Shown piece by piece: positions 51,207-61,278 of a DNA stretch of 64,000 bases (position 1 is its first letter; every line of letters begins with the position of its first letter). Origin of the DNA: Candidatus Spongiisociaceae bacterium. Its GTDB lineage: Bacteria; Actinomycetota; Acidimicrobiia; Spongiisociales; Spongiisociaceae. A model generated the notes under the pieces. It saw only the letters and a program-made list of their open reading frames with translations, had not been told where the DNA came from and made no database searches. The DNA is taken from assembly GCA_965262915.1 (NCBI GenBank), contig OZ253564.1, positions 384,001 through 448,000 of the forward strand, given 5' to 3'. The position numbers and the translations under genes are program-made.

Positions 51207-52556
51207 ATGGAAGTCACGACGATTCGAACCGACGGATTGGGAGACAGCACCTACCTGCTCACCCACGACGGGGGCGGCGTGGTCGTCGATCCCCAGCGGG
51301 ACGTGGAGCGCTTCGAGCAGGCCGTGTCAGACACCGGCGTCGACCTCACCCATGTTCTTGAGACCCACATCCACAATGACTACGTATCGGGCGGCCGCGA
51401 GCTGGCCCGGCGCACAGGTGCCCGGCTCGCGCTACCAGCGGCCGCCGGCGCGGCCTTCGATCACTTCCCTGCCTTCCACAACGAGGAACTCGCCGATGGC
51501 CCTGTGGTCATCCGGCCGGTGCACACTCCCGGCCACACTCCGGAGCACATGAGCTACGTGATCCTCGTCGAGGAGGAGATCGTGGCGGTGTTCTCCGGGG
51601 GGAGCCTGCTGGTCGGCTCGGCAGGACGCCCCGATCTCCTGGGAGACGACCGGGCCGAACAGTTGGCTCGCCTCCAGTACCTATCGGTCAGCCGCCTTGC
51701 CGAGCTTCCCAACGATACCGGCCTGTACCCCACCCACGGCGAGGGTTCGTTCTGCACTGCTTCGGGGGCGGGGCGTTCCACCTCGACGATCGGTCTGGAG
51801 CGGCGGACGAATCCTGTGCTGGCGTACCCCGACGCCGAGGCCTTCGTCGCCGGTCAACTGGCCGGCCTGCAGCCCTTCCCCGACTACTACGCCCACATGG
51901 GTCCGATCAACCTCATGGGTCCCGAGTCCCCGGCGCCGCGGGAACTCGACGAACTGGACCCGTCGGACCTGCCCGGCGACGCCACTCTGGTGGATATACG
52001 GCCGCGCCCTGCCTACGCGGCGGGTCACATCCCCGGGTCGCTGGGGATAGAGATGAGCGATCAGGTTGCGGTGTGGGCGGGTTGGCTGCTGCCCTTCGAC
52101 AGCCCGGTGGTCCTCGTCGCTCAGCGAGAACAGGACGTGGAGGAGGTCGTCCGCCAGTTCGGGCGGATCGGCTTCGACGACATGCTGGGCGTCGTGTACG
52201 GCGTCGAGGGCTGGGCGGAGGCCGGAGGCGCCCTGGCTTCGTTCGAGACCAGAACCACGGACGAGCTGGCTCTCGCGATCGCAACGGGTGACGACCCCCA
52301 GGTGCTCGATGTTCGCTCTCCGGGGGAATGGGAAGAGGGACGGATCGAGGGTTCTGCCCACCGCTACGCGCCGTACCTGAAGGATGGGCTTCCGGGAGGG
52401 TTGGACCGGTCCAGAGACCTGTGGGTGACGTGTGGGAGCGGGTACCGAGCCTTCGTGGGCAGCGCGTCTCTCGAAGGCGAGGGACTGCGGCTGATAGTCG
52501 TCACCCCGGGCGGGGTTCCTGACGTGCTGGAGAGGCTGTCCCGGCTGACCTCCTGA
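51207..52556 (+). CDS. MBL-fold hydrolase fused to two rhodanese domains (persulfide dioxygenase/sulfurtransferase-like)
   Basis: ETHIHNDY, HTPGHTPEH, GHIPGS, CGSGYRA. Confidence 0.9.
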   Translation: MEVTTIRTDGLGDSTYLLTHDGGGVVVDPQRDVERFEQAVSDTGVDLTHVLETHIHNDYVSGGRELARRTGARLALPAAAGAAFDHFPAFHNEELADGPVVIRPVHTPGHTPEHMSYVILVEEEIVAVFSGGSLLVGSAGRPDLLGDDRAEQLARLQYLSVSRLAELPNDTGLYPTHGEGSFCTASGAGRSTSTIGLERRTNPVLAYPDAEAFVAGQLAGLQPFPDYYAHMGPINLMGPESPAPRELDELDPSDLPGDATLVDIRPRPAYAAGHIPGSLGIEMSDQVAVWAGWLLPFDSPVVLVAQREQDVEEVVRQFGRIGFDDMLGVVYGVEGWAEAGGALASFETRTTDELALAIATGDDPQVLDVRSPGEWEEGRIEGSAHRYAPYLKDGLPGGLDRSRDLWVTCGSGYRAFVGSASLEGEGLRLIVVTPGGVPDVLERLSRLTS

Positions 52557-52568
52557 AGGCGCCGACCT

Positions 52569-53438
52569 CTACGGGAGGACTTGCTCCAGAGCCGGGCCGA
52601 TCTCCGACGGGGTGTCCAGCACGGTGGCGCCTGCTCCCTCCAGCGCCAACCGCTTCGATGCGTACGAGCCCCTGTCCCCCTGGAAGATCGCTCCGGCATG
52701 GCCCATCCTGCGATCCGGAGGCGACGCGCGGCCGGCGACGAAGGCCACGACAGGCTTGCTCATCTCCCGTACGCACGTGGCGGCGTCCTCTTCCATGTCG
52801 CCACCGATCTCGCCGATCAGCACGACCGCAAGGGTTCGCCGGTCCCTCTCCAGAACCTGCAGAGCGTCCCGCGTGCGGGTCCCGACCACCGGGTCGCCTC
52901 CGATCCCGACGAACGCCGACTGGCCGAATCCTGCTCTGACGATGTTCAGGCAAGCCAGGGTGCCGAGACTCCCGCTGCGCGAGACGACCCCCACCCGGCC
53001 TGGGCGGAAGATCGAAGGATCGAAGGCCGGCATGAAACCGACGAAGCACTCGCCCGGAGTCACCAGCCCCGCCGTATTGGGGCCGACCACCGCGGTCCCG
53101 GCTTCCCGGGCGGCGGCGAGCAGGTGCATGACATCCCGGACCGGGACATGCTCGGTGAGGATCACCAGCTTGGGCGCGCCGGCGCCGATGGCATCCAGGG
53201 CGGCGGCCTTCACGCTGAGCGGGGGGACGAACAGCACCGCGACGTCGAATACGGAGCGGTCCATAGCGTCCGGTGCGCTTCCGTAGACCGGGACGCCACA
53301 ATGGGCGATGCCGGCCTTCCTCGGGCTGACACCCGCCACCACCCGGGTTCCATATTCCTGCATGCGGACGGTCCAATACGTTGCTTGCCGCCCGGTGATT
53401 CCCTGGATCAGGACTCGCTCGTAGCCGCGGACGATCAT
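52569..53438 (-). CDS. ADP-forming acyl-CoA ligase alpha subunit (SucD-like)
   Basis: QGITG, GPNTAG, SRSGSL, GIGGD, phospho-His motif MGHAGA. Confidence 0.9.
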   Translation of the reverse strand: MIVRGYERVLIQGITGRQATYWTVRMQEYGTRVVAGVSPRKAGIAHCGVPVYGSAPDAMDRSVFDVAVLFVPPLSVKAAALDAIGAGAPKLVILTEHVPVRDVMHLLAAAREAGTAVVGPNTAGLVTPGECFVGFMPAFDPSIFRPGRVGVVSRSGSLGTLACLNIVRAGFGQSAFVGIGGDPVVGTRTRDALQVLERDRRTLAVVLIGEIGGDMEEDAATCVREMSKPVVAFVAGRASPPDRRMGHAGAIFQGDRGSYASKRLALEGAGATVLDTPSEIGPALEQVLP

Positions 53439-54571
53439 CGGTCGCCTCCGCCCGCGGCACGGATAGCCGCCGCCACGGCCTCGTCCATGGCCGGGTACGG
53501 TTCGGAGCCGAGCCGCTCCTTCAACATCCTTCTGGCCGCCGCCGCCCCGGTGCCGTCGATGGTGAAGAATGCGGGGACATCCGGCCGTAGTTCCAGCCAC
53601 GCCTCGGTCAGCCCGTCGACCATCACGTCGGTACGGGCGAAAGCCCCGCAGAAACTGACCACCAGGCTGCGTACCCCACCGTGCGCCAGCACCAACTCCA
53701 GAGCGGGCCGGGCCTTGGTGTAGGCGTCACCGCCTATCTCCAGGAAGTTGGCGGGGGCCCCTCCTGAATGGACTATGACATCCATGGTGGTCATGGTGAG
53801 ACCGGCGCCGTTGGCGAGCACACCGATGTCCCCGTCGAGCTCGACGAACTGGAGGCCGAGTCCTCGGGCGGTTCGCTCCAGATGGGTCAGCGGCTCCGGT
53901 GTGGCCCGACCCGCGAGCCAGGGTTGGCGGGAGGCGGCTGCACCGTCGACGATGAGCTTGCAGTCCAGCGCCACCACCTCGCCTGCCGGAGTTATGGCGA
54001 GCGGGTTGACCTCGACCAGTTCCGCATCGCAACTCCGATGCACCCGATGCAGCCGTACCAGGGCCTCGGCCACCGAAGAGGCTGCAGAGGTAACTCCCGC
54101 CTCCGTCACGAGGTGGAGGGCGGCGTCGGCATCCAGGTCCCGTCGAGGATCGATGTCCAGGCTCCTGAGCAGCTCCGGATGGGTACGGGCCGTGTCCTCG
54201 ATGTCGATGCCACCGCGCTTGGAGAAGACCACCCGCGTCGCGGGGCCGCCGGGGTGGTTGAGGACCGCGGCGTACAGTTCCCGCGCAGCCTCGATCCGTT
54301 CCTCGACCAGGACCTCGGCAACCAGGCGGCCGCCCAGGCGGCTCCCGATCAGTTCCGCGGCGACTGCATGAGCCTCACCCGGGGTCTGCGCAGACCTGAT
54401 GCCACCTGACCTCCCACGACCCCCGATAGGTACCTGCGCCTTGACCATCACAGGACCGAGCCGACGAGCCGTCCGTGCGGCGCCGTCCGGTGTGGTCGCC
54501 ACGGCGCCGTCCGGTACCCGCATGCCTTCCTCTGCCAGCACGGCCTTTGCTACGTGTTCGGGGATGTTCAT
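53435..54571 (-). CDS. ADP-forming acyl-CoA ligase beta subunit (SucC-like)
   Basis: VKAQV..GGRG, EVNPL, NGAGLTMTTMD, PANFLEIGG. Confidence 0.9.
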   Translation of the reverse strand: MNIPEHVAKAVLAEEGMRVPDGAVATTPDGAARTARRLGPVMVKAQVPIGGRGRSGGIRSAQTPGEAHAVAAELIGSRLGGRLVAEVLVEERIEAARELYAAVLNHPGGPATRVVFSKRGGIDIEDTARTHPELLRSLDIDPRRDLDADAALHLVTEAGVTSAASSVAEALVRLHRVHRSCDAELVEVNPLAITPAGEVVALDCKLIVDGAAASRQPWLAGRATPEPLTHLERTARGLGLQFVELDGDIGVLANGAGLTMTTMDVIVHSGGAPANFLEIGGDAYTKARPALELVLAHGGVRSLVVSFCGAFARTDVMVDGLTEAWLELRPDVPAFFTIDGTGAAAARRMLKERLGSEPYPAMDEAVAAAIRAAGGGDR

Positions 54572-54962
54572 CGGCGGTCCGTGCTGGTTTGTCCTTGGTC
54601 AGTCGGGCGAACGTGCGGCCAGACAGGGTGCCAGGGACCCGTCGCCGTGCCGTCGGTCGGCGCGCCGCTCGGGTCCGGGGTGTGCAAGGTCCCCCGCTCC
54701 GGACCGTGGGGAGAAGACGACGCTTGTCGAGTCCCTATAGCCGTCCACCGCAGCGGAGCCCGATAGCTGTCATGGTACCGGGTATCACATGGACGCTCTC
54801 CGGACCTGCCATCCCACGCGGTACCTGCGGGCTGTCTCGAACGAGGCTCGGCTGTCACCCGCCGAACCGTAGCGAGCGGCCCGGCACGCCCGGAGCCGTC
54901 GTCCCACCACCGGCTGCGCCGAACCCTCCAAACTCGCGGAACCGGGAGCCCGGCGATCTGGC

Positions 54963-55784
54963 ATGATGTCATCTATGGCGCGTGCAGGATCCACGGAATC
55001 GGGGCGGTCGCCGGGCTCGGCGTCGGTCGCCGCCCTGACCGACATCGGGCCTCGCAAGGTGAACGAAGACCGGGCGTTCACGGCGGCGGCGGATGACGGC
55101 GCCTGGATGATCGCGGTGGCAGACGGGCTGGGGGGCCACGTCCGCGGCGACGAGGCGGCGCAGGCTGCGGTCGAGGGCCTGCCGCAGCGGATCGACAACG
55201 AGGCCGAGATGGCGGCGGCGTTTGCGGAGGCCAACGAGCGGGTCCTCGCGCTGTCCGGGCCGCGGAAGTGGGACCGGCGGGTGCCGCTGTCCAGGCTCCC
55301 GATGAGCACCCTGTGCGTGGCGGCATGGACACCCGAGGGCGGTCTGCTGATCGGGTGGATGGGCGACACGATACCGTTCGTGGTGAAGTCCGGGCCGGGC
55401 GGCTTCGCGGGATACTGCTGCGGCGTTCCCCATCGGGGCCCCTTCGGGAACATCGACTCCTGTCTGGGAATGCCGCCCGAGGGTAAGGGATCAGGTACCG
55501 GGGGGCCGGTCGACGTGGATGTAGTCGGCTCCTTCGAGGAGGCCGAGATGCCGGACGCCGTGATCATCGCCAGTGACGGGGCCTGGGAGCCACTCGCGAT
55601 TGAATACGGTGACACAGAGTGGCTCTGGGACGACTCACCCGCCGGTATCGGATCGGCGTGCGCCCCGGACGCCGGCGACGCATCGGATATCGCCCGGAGC
55701 GTCCTGGGGAGGGCCCGGAGCAGGGGCCTCAACGACAACGCCACCGTCGCGGTCGCCCACTGGCGCCGGCTACCCGAGCGATGA
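54963..55784 (+). CDS. PP2C-family Ser/Thr protein phosphatase
   Basis: RKVNED, VADGLGGH, GD, SDG, DNAT. Confidence 0.88.
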   Translation: MMSSMARAGSTESGRSPGSASVAALTDIGPRKVNEDRAFTAAADDGAWMIAVADGLGGHVRGDEAAQAAVEGLPQRIDNEAEMAAAFAEANERVLALSGPRKWDRRVPLSRLPMSTLCVAAWTPEGGLLIGWMGDTIPFVVKSGPGGFAGYCCGVPHRGPFGNIDSCLGMPPEGKGSGTGGPVDVDVVGSFEEAEMPDAVIIASDGAWEPLAIEYGDTEWLWDDSPAGIGSACAPDAGDASDIARSVLGRARSRGLNDNATVAVAHWRRLPER

Positions 55785-55794
55785 GAACGCACGT

Positions 55795-57225
55795 ATGACC
55801 ATCCGGACCAGAGCCGCCATCGGCACCGCGACCCAGGAAGTCGAAACCGTTGCGAAGCTGGTAGCCGGGGCGCGGTCGGCCATGGCCGAGTTCGTCGATT
55901 CGGACCAGGAACGGGTGGATGAGGTGGTTACCGCGCTGGCCTGGTCGCTATACAAGCCCGAGCACGCCCGGGAACTGGCTGAGATTGCGGTCCGGACGAC
56001 CGGCCTCGGGAACGTGGCGGACAAGGTCGTCAAGAACCGGCGCAAGACTTTCGGAACCCTACGGGACCTGAGCCGCGCTCGGACGGTCGGGCTGATCGAG
56101 GAGGATCCGGCCCGGGGCCTGATGGTCTTCGCAAAGCCGGTCGGCGTGGTCGCGGCGGCGACGCCGTCAACAAACCCCGCCGCCACGCCCGTCAACAAAG
56201 CCATGATGGCCGTCAAGGGCCGCAACGCCGTGATAGTGGCCCCCTCCCCGCTGGCCTACACGACCACTAGCCGGGCGGTGGAGTTGATGCGGGATGCCCT
56301 GGGGACGGTGGGAGCGTCCCGGGATATGGTGCAGATCCTTCCCGCTCCGGTCACGAGGCGAGCCACAACCGCGTTGATGGAGGCATGCGACCTGTCCGTG
56401 GTCACGGGGTCGCAGAACAATGTCCGGGGGGCGTACCGGAGCGGCAAACCGGCGATCGGGGTAGGGGCAGGCAACGTACCGGTCATCATCGACCGTAGCG
56501 CTGACCTCGAGCAGGCGGCAGCGGGCATACTCGCATCCAAGACATTCGACAACGCCACCTCCTGCTCCTCCGAAAACTCCATCGTGGTCCTCGACGACAT
56601 CTACGACCGAGCGATGGAAGAGCTACGCAAGGTAGGGGCATATCTAGCCGACGAGAAGGAGAAGACAGCCATACAGGATGTCCTGTGGTTGGACGGGAGG
56701 CTGAACAGGGAACTGATCGCCAAGGACGCCGAGGTTCTCGCTCGCCATGTCGGCCTGGACGACGAAGCCCGGAGCGCCCGCCTATTCCTGGTGGAGGACG
56801 ATCTCCCTGCCGAAGCCGGATCGTTCGCGGACGAGAAGCTGTCCCTCGTTCTCACCGTCTACCGGGCGGCCGACATGCGCGAGGCGATCGAGACGGTACG
56901 AGCCGTCCTCGAGGTCAGGGGACGCGGTCATTCCTGTGGCATCTATACGGCCTCGATGGACAATGCCCGCCTCCTGGCCGCCGAGTTGGACGTGGTGCGC
57001 GTGCTGGTGAACCAGGCCCATGCCATAGGAAACGGGGGCAGCTTCACCAACGGGCTTCCCTTCACCCTGACTATGGGTTGCGGGACTTGGGCGGGGAACA
57101 GCATCAGCGAGAACCTCAACTACCGGCACTTCATCAACCTCACCCATCTATCCACCACCATCCCGGAGGACCGACCCGACGAGGAGGAGCTGTTCGGTGG
57201 TTACTTGGAGCGATACGGTAAGTAG
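55795..57225 (+). CDS. sauS: Acylating aldehyde dehydrogenase, sulfoacetaldehyde dehydrogenase-like
   Basis: TGLGNVADK..KNRRKT, PSTNPAATP.NK, SKTFDNATSCSSENS, VNQAH..GG.F.NGLPF.L.MGCGTW, as recalled for SauS. Confidence 0.75.
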   Translation: MTIRTRAAIGTATQEVETVAKLVAGARSAMAEFVDSDQERVDEVVTALAWSLYKPEHARELAEIAVRTTGLGNVADKVVKNRRKTFGTLRDLSRARTVGLIEEDPARGLMVFAKPVGVVAAATPSTNPAATPVNKAMMAVKGRNAVIVAPSPLAYTTTSRAVELMRDALGTVGASRDMVQILPAPVTRRATTALMEACDLSVVTGSQNNVRGAYRSGKPAIGVGAGNVPVIIDRSADLEQAAAGILASKTFDNATSCSSENSIVVLDDIYDRAMEELRKVGAYLADEKEKTAIQDVLWLDGRLNRELIAKDAEVLARHVGLDDEARSARLFLVEDDLPAEAGSFADEKLSLVLTVYRAADMREAIETVRAVLEVRGRGHSCGIYTASMDNARLLAAELDVVRVLVNQAHAIGNGGSFTNGLPFTLTMGCGTWAGNSISENLNYRHFINLTHLSTTIPEDRPDEEELFGGYLERYGK

Positions 57226-57344
57226 GTGGTCCGTAGGGTGACCGGACGGCGTGAGGAGGGGCCGCGATCGCTCTGCAGGCGGCCCAATTAGGGGGCGGTG
57301 CTCTTGGTTGCGCCTTACAAGCACGTGCAGAACTCCCGGAGATA

Positions 57345-58181
57345 GTGGAAAGGAGCGGCTTGTCTCGCAATGAGTTAGCAGAGGCTTTTGCAGCCAAGGC
57401 TCGGCGGAGAGAGATGATCGTAGTGGCCGGTGCCGGAACCGGCCTGTCTGCCAAGTGCGCCGAGGCCGGCGGAGCCGACGCCATCGTCATCTACAACTCG
57501 GGAAGGTACCGCATGGCCGGCCGGGGCTCGCTGGCCGGTCTCATGCCCTACGGGGACGCCAACCGGATCGTTCTCGAGATGACCAGAGAGGTCGTCACGG
57601 TTGTCGACAGGATGCCGGTGATCGCGGGGGTATGCGGCACGGATCCGTTCAGAGACATGGCGAGGTTGCTGGATGAGTTGGCGGGGCGAGGCGTGGCCGG
57701 TGTCCAGAACTTTCCGACCGTGGGTCTGATCGACGGCGGGTTCCGGCGCGCGCTGGAGGCAACCGGTATGTCGTACTCGGCCGAGGTGGAGATGATCCGG
57801 TTGGCCTGCCGGTGCGGGCTCTTCACGATGCCGTACGTGTTCAATGCTTCGGAGGCGAGCGCCATGGTCGACGCCGGCGCCGATGTCTTGGTCGCTCACG
57901 TCGGACTGACCACGGGGGGCATGATCGGCGCCTCTGACCGGCGCACTATCGAGTCCTTGGCGCCGGTACTGGAGGAGATCTGCGAAACCGCGGATGCGGC
58001 CGGACGGTTCATTCCCGTCCTCTGCCACGGCGGTCCCATCGCCGAGCCGTCCGACCTCGAAGAGGTCCTTCGCCTCGTTCCGAGACTCAACGGGTTCGTG
58101 GGCGCATCCAGCATCGAGCGGCTGCCTACCGAGTCCGCCATTGTCGACCGCGTGGTCCGCTTCCGCGCGGTGCGCGCATGA
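57345..58181 (+). CDS. TIM-barrel protein of the PEP-hydrolase/Tm-1-associated family
   Basis: GAGTGLSAK, YNSGRYRMAGRGSLAGLMPYGDAN, VQNFPTVGLIDG, LCHGGPI, GASSIERLP. Confidence 0.88.
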   Translation: MERSGLSRNELAEAFAAKARRREMIVVAGAGTGLSAKCAEAGGADAIVIYNSGRYRMAGRGSLAGLMPYGDANRIVLEMTREVVTVVDRMPVIAGVCGTDPFRDMARLLDELAGRGVAGVQNFPTVGLIDGGFRRALEATGMSYSAEVEMIRLACRCGLFTMPYVFNASEASAMVDAGADVLVAHVGLTTGGMIGASDRRTIESLAPVLEEICETADAAGRFIPVLCHGGPIAEPSDLEEVLRLVPRLNGFVGASSIERLPTESAIVDRVVRFRAVRA

Positions 58182-58197
58182 TCCGTGGTGCTCCTGA

Positions 58198-58298
58198 GGA
58201 GGATGCTCCAAAACGGTGGGGAGCAACGGCCCGTCTCCCTCTGAACAGGCATTATGGCATCGGTCGATGGGCCGCAAAGGGGTCTTGCGCCGCCCTCC
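58198..58298. mobile_element. MITE family A copy (eroded ends)
   Basis: Core AAACGGTGGGGAGCAACGGCCCGTCT.CCTCTGAACAGGCATTAT shared with the 34149 copy. Confidence 0.8.
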
Positions 58299-58449
58299 TT
58301 GCGGCCTGCGGAGAGCCCGTCGGAGCGTTGGGGTGGTTCGGTTCGTGTTGCTCGGTGCCTCCTTGCGGTCGGAGAGCCACGGATGACAATGGTTGCAGGC
58401 CGCCTCGACGCCCGTTCGCTGTGATCGGTGCAAGGGAGAGGGCTTCTCG

Positions 58450-60081
58450 ATGATCCGGCGGCCCGGAGCCCATGCCGACGCAAGTGGGCGTGCGTCGAGG
58501 CTGACGCCGAAGGTGCGAAGAACCTTTTTCGCGTTGCTGCTGGCGATGACCATCTCCGCGATGGACTACACCATCGTGTCGACAGCGTTGCCGACCATCG
58601 TCGGCGAGATGGGCGCCCTCACGCTGCTTCCCTGGGTGCTGACCGCCAACGTGCTCGCGTCGACGGTCACGGTTCCTCTCTACGGCAAGCTATCGGACCT
58701 CTACGGTCGTCGGAGGCTGATGCAGGTCGCCATCCTCCTGTTCGCCCTGGGTTCGTGCGCAGCGGGCCTCAGTCAGGGCATCGGTCAGCTCATCGCCTTT
58801 AGAGCCATCCAGGGAGCCGGTTCGGCTGGCCTGATCTCCCTCAGCTACATGATCGTGGGTGACATCATCACGCCGCGGCAGCGGGGCCGGTACCAGGGGT
58901 ACATAAGCGCGGTGTTCGCTGTCGCCAGCTTCTGCGGGCCCTTGGTGGGAGGCCTGGCGGTCGATCACCTTTCGTGGCGTCTCGCGTTCTTCCCCAGCGT
59001 TCTGCTGGCCATCATCACATTGGTTGTGATCCGCCGGAACCTGACCGATCCGCAAGTGACCGGGGGAATCGGCGTCGACTGGCTCGGAGCGGCTCTCCTG
59101 GCGCTCGGGCTGGCAGCAGTCCTGCTCGTCGCGACCTGGGCGGGTCGCGAGCATGCATGGCACTCACCGGTGATCGTCTCGACGATGGCCGTAGGAGTGT
59201 CGGCACTGTTGTGGTTCGTGAGGCAGGAGCGAAGAGCACCTTCTCCCATCCTGCCCCTGTACCTCTTCCGGAACCGCGAGTTCTCGGCTGCCAACGCGAC
59301 CAGCTTCATCGCCGGTTTCGGCCTTTTCCTCCCGCTGGCCTACTTCCCCGTCTTCCTACAGATCTCCTTGGGCATGTCCGCAACCCGTTCCGGGCTCCTC
59401 CTGGTTCCGATGCTGACGGCCTCGTTGGTGGCAAGCCTGGTCTCGGGGCGTATCGTGGCGCGATGGGGTCGCTACCGATCGGTGGTCACCGCCGGGTGCG
59501 TTCTCCTCGGAGTGGGATTGACGCTAATGAGCACTATGACCGTCTCGACTAGTCCGCAAGTCGCGGCCGTCTACTTGCTCGTCTTCGGCTTGAGCATGGG
59601 AATCCTCATCCCGGTGCTGGTTCTGGTCATACAGAACGCAGTCCATCCGCGAGATCTGGGGGTGGCGACATCGTCCGTGCAGGTGTTCCGCCAACTCGGG
59701 GGGAGTACGGGGGTAGCCGTGTTCGGGGCCCTGTTCAACGCCCGTCTCGTCGCGACCCTCACTGGGCTCCCGCCGGACTCGCCGGTGTCGGGCCTAGACG
59801 TCAGCGAGCTGATCGCGAGCCCGGCAGTCGTTGCGACGATGGAACCACCCGTGCGCGACATCATCCGCGAGGCGGTCGCGCTCAGCTCCGGCGAGATGTT
59901 CCGGTTGGCGATACCTGTGGCCGTTGTGGCCACTATCGCCGGTCTCATGCTGAGGGGGCTTCCCCTCCGCGACGTTCTCCCACACCAACAGACGGGTCCC
60001 GCCCAACCTTCGGGAGATGCTCGGGGCGGGCTCACCCTGCCCTCCCCCGGCGAGCGCTCCAGATCGGCCGACGTCGAATGA
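58450..60081 (+). CDS. MFS transporter, DHA2/MDR family
   Basis: DYTIVSTALPTI, GKLSDLYGRR, RQRGRYQG. Confidence 0.93.
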   Translation: MIRRPGAHADASGRASRLTPKVRRTFFALLLAMTISAMDYTIVSTALPTIVGEMGALTLLPWVLTANVLASTVTVPLYGKLSDLYGRRRLMQVAILLFALGSCAAGLSQGIGQLIAFRAIQGAGSAGLISLSYMIVGDIITPRQRGRYQGYISAVFAVASFCGPLVGGLAVDHLSWRLAFFPSVLLAIITLVVIRRNLTDPQVTGGIGVDWLGAALLALGLAAVLLVATWAGREHAWHSPVIVSTMAVGVSALLWFVRQERRAPSPILPLYLFRNREFSAANATSFIAGFGLFLPLAYFPVFLQISLGMSATRSGLLLVPMLTASLVASLVSGRIVARWGRYRSVVTAGCVLLGVGLTLMSTMTVSTSPQVAAVYLLVFGLSMGILIPVLVLVIQNAVHPRDLGVATSSVQVFRQLGGSTGVAVFGALFNARLVATLTGLPPDSPVSGLDVSELIASPAVVATMEPPVRDIIREAVALSSGEMFRLAIPVAVVATIAGLMLRGLPLRDVLPHQQTGPAQPSGDARGGLTLPSPGERSRSADVE

Positions 60082-60249
60082 CTGCCCCTGTACCCTCGGA
60101 AGAGTGCGCCGGACGGGTCGGCAGGTATCCGGGGACCCGGCGTTTCCGCGCTGGGCATACGGCTCGCCAGGCTCCTCCGGCCCCGGTCGATGCTTCCGAC
60201 CGGCCAATCTCGAGCCAACCCTACGGCCGCCGGGTCCCCGACGCGCTTC

Positions 60250-60322
60250 CTACGACATCATCTGTGACCAGGCACTTTGTCACCGACCGATGGGCCAACA
60301 CGGGGTTTTCTTACCACTCTCC
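60250..60322 (-). mobile_element. Partial family A MITE
   Basis: Reverse complement TAGGAGAGTGGTAAGAAAACCCCGTGTTGGCCCATCGGTCGGTGACAAAGTGCC aligns with the arsC copy; far end missing. Confidence 0.7.
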
Positions 60323-60379
60323 TAGAAACGCTGTCATACGGCAAAGCTACACTGGGACGTATCTAAGGAGGAGTGCCAC

Positions 60380-60568
60380 GTGACCATCACCGTCCCTCGG
60401 GAAGAAGTCGTCAGGATGCTCGAGAGGGCCGCCAACGATGTCGGGCTTGGACTGCGCGGGTTTTATGAGCTCGGCAAAGCCGATCGCCTCGACGACCCGT
60501 CGCTGCGGGACATGTGGCTCATCTGGGGCGACGCCCTCACCGAAGAGGACCTCCCAGCCGTAGCGTGA
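60380..60568 (+). CDS. Small acidic protein, putative antitoxin
   Basis: Strong SD TAAGGAGG; 62 aa; GTGA overlap with the next gene. Confidence 0.7.
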   Translation: MTITVPREEVVRMLERAANDVGLGLRGFYELGKADRLDDPSLRDMWLIWGDALTEEDLPAVA

Positions 60569-61278
60569 ACGATCCTCTCCAATCGAAATCCGGAGAGTTC
60601 GCCAGCCGTCTGACCAACTTGATCCGAGGGTGCGTCGCCGGTGCGCCTGAGTTCGGCGTCGTTGAGACGAGCGAGGTGGAGCAACTGCGTATCGGACCTC
60701 TGCCGTTCAGTTCCGACAGCTCTGGGTTTAGCCTGATCCCACTCGCTCGTTCTTGCGACGCGGGCCAAAGTCGTCTGATGTTGAAGATCGAGTTCCGTGT
60801 ATCACTGGACGACGAATCAGAGTTCCTTGCCGTCCAGCACTCGACCTACGGATTGTGGGTACGACCCGATCCACGCAGGAAACCGCGCCCGGTATTTCGT
60901 GTCGAGTACGACCGAGACGCATACAGCAAGTCCCCAGCCCATGTGCATCTGCATGCCGAGTCTCTGGAGTTTGGGTGGATATATGGAACTGCCGGACTGC
61001 CTCCGCCGCGATTGTCCGAGATCCACTTCCCCGTTGGCGGACGGCGTTTCAGAGCCACAGTCGAGGAGTTCTTGAAGTTCTTGGATCGCGAGAAACTGTT
61101 TGTGGATTGGCAGAATGGATGGGGCATGATCGTGGAGAGGTCCCTCATCGAATGGGAACGGAACCAGGCTCGGGCCACCGTGCGTCAACACATCGGAACG
61201 GCGCTCGAACAGCTTCGCTGTATGGGATACGAAGTCACCTCGCCGCCTCTACCCTCCGCCCCGGCATCCCGAGACTGA
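60565..61278 (+). CDS. Hypothetical protein with FRVEYD...PAHVHLH...IHFP motif, putative toxin
   Basis: 237-aa ORF coupled to the small upstream gene; less GC-biased codons. Confidence 0.7.
   Translation: MNDPLQSKSGEFASRLTNLIRGCVAGAPEFGVVETSEVEQLRIGPLPFSSDSSGFSLIPLARSCDAGQSRLMLKIEFRVSLDDESEFLAVQHSTYGLWVRPDPRRKPRPVFRVEYDRDAYSKSPAHVHLHAESLEFGWIYGTAGLPPPRLSEIHFPVGGRRFRATVEEFLKFLDREKLFVDWQNGWGMIVERSLIEWERNQARATVRQHIGTALEQLRCMGYEVTSPPLPSAPASRD

Noticed and set aside
54572-54962. Long intergenic region as a riboswitch or sRNA
   Set aside because: No conserved riboswitch signature was recognised; it is probably a divergent promoter region.
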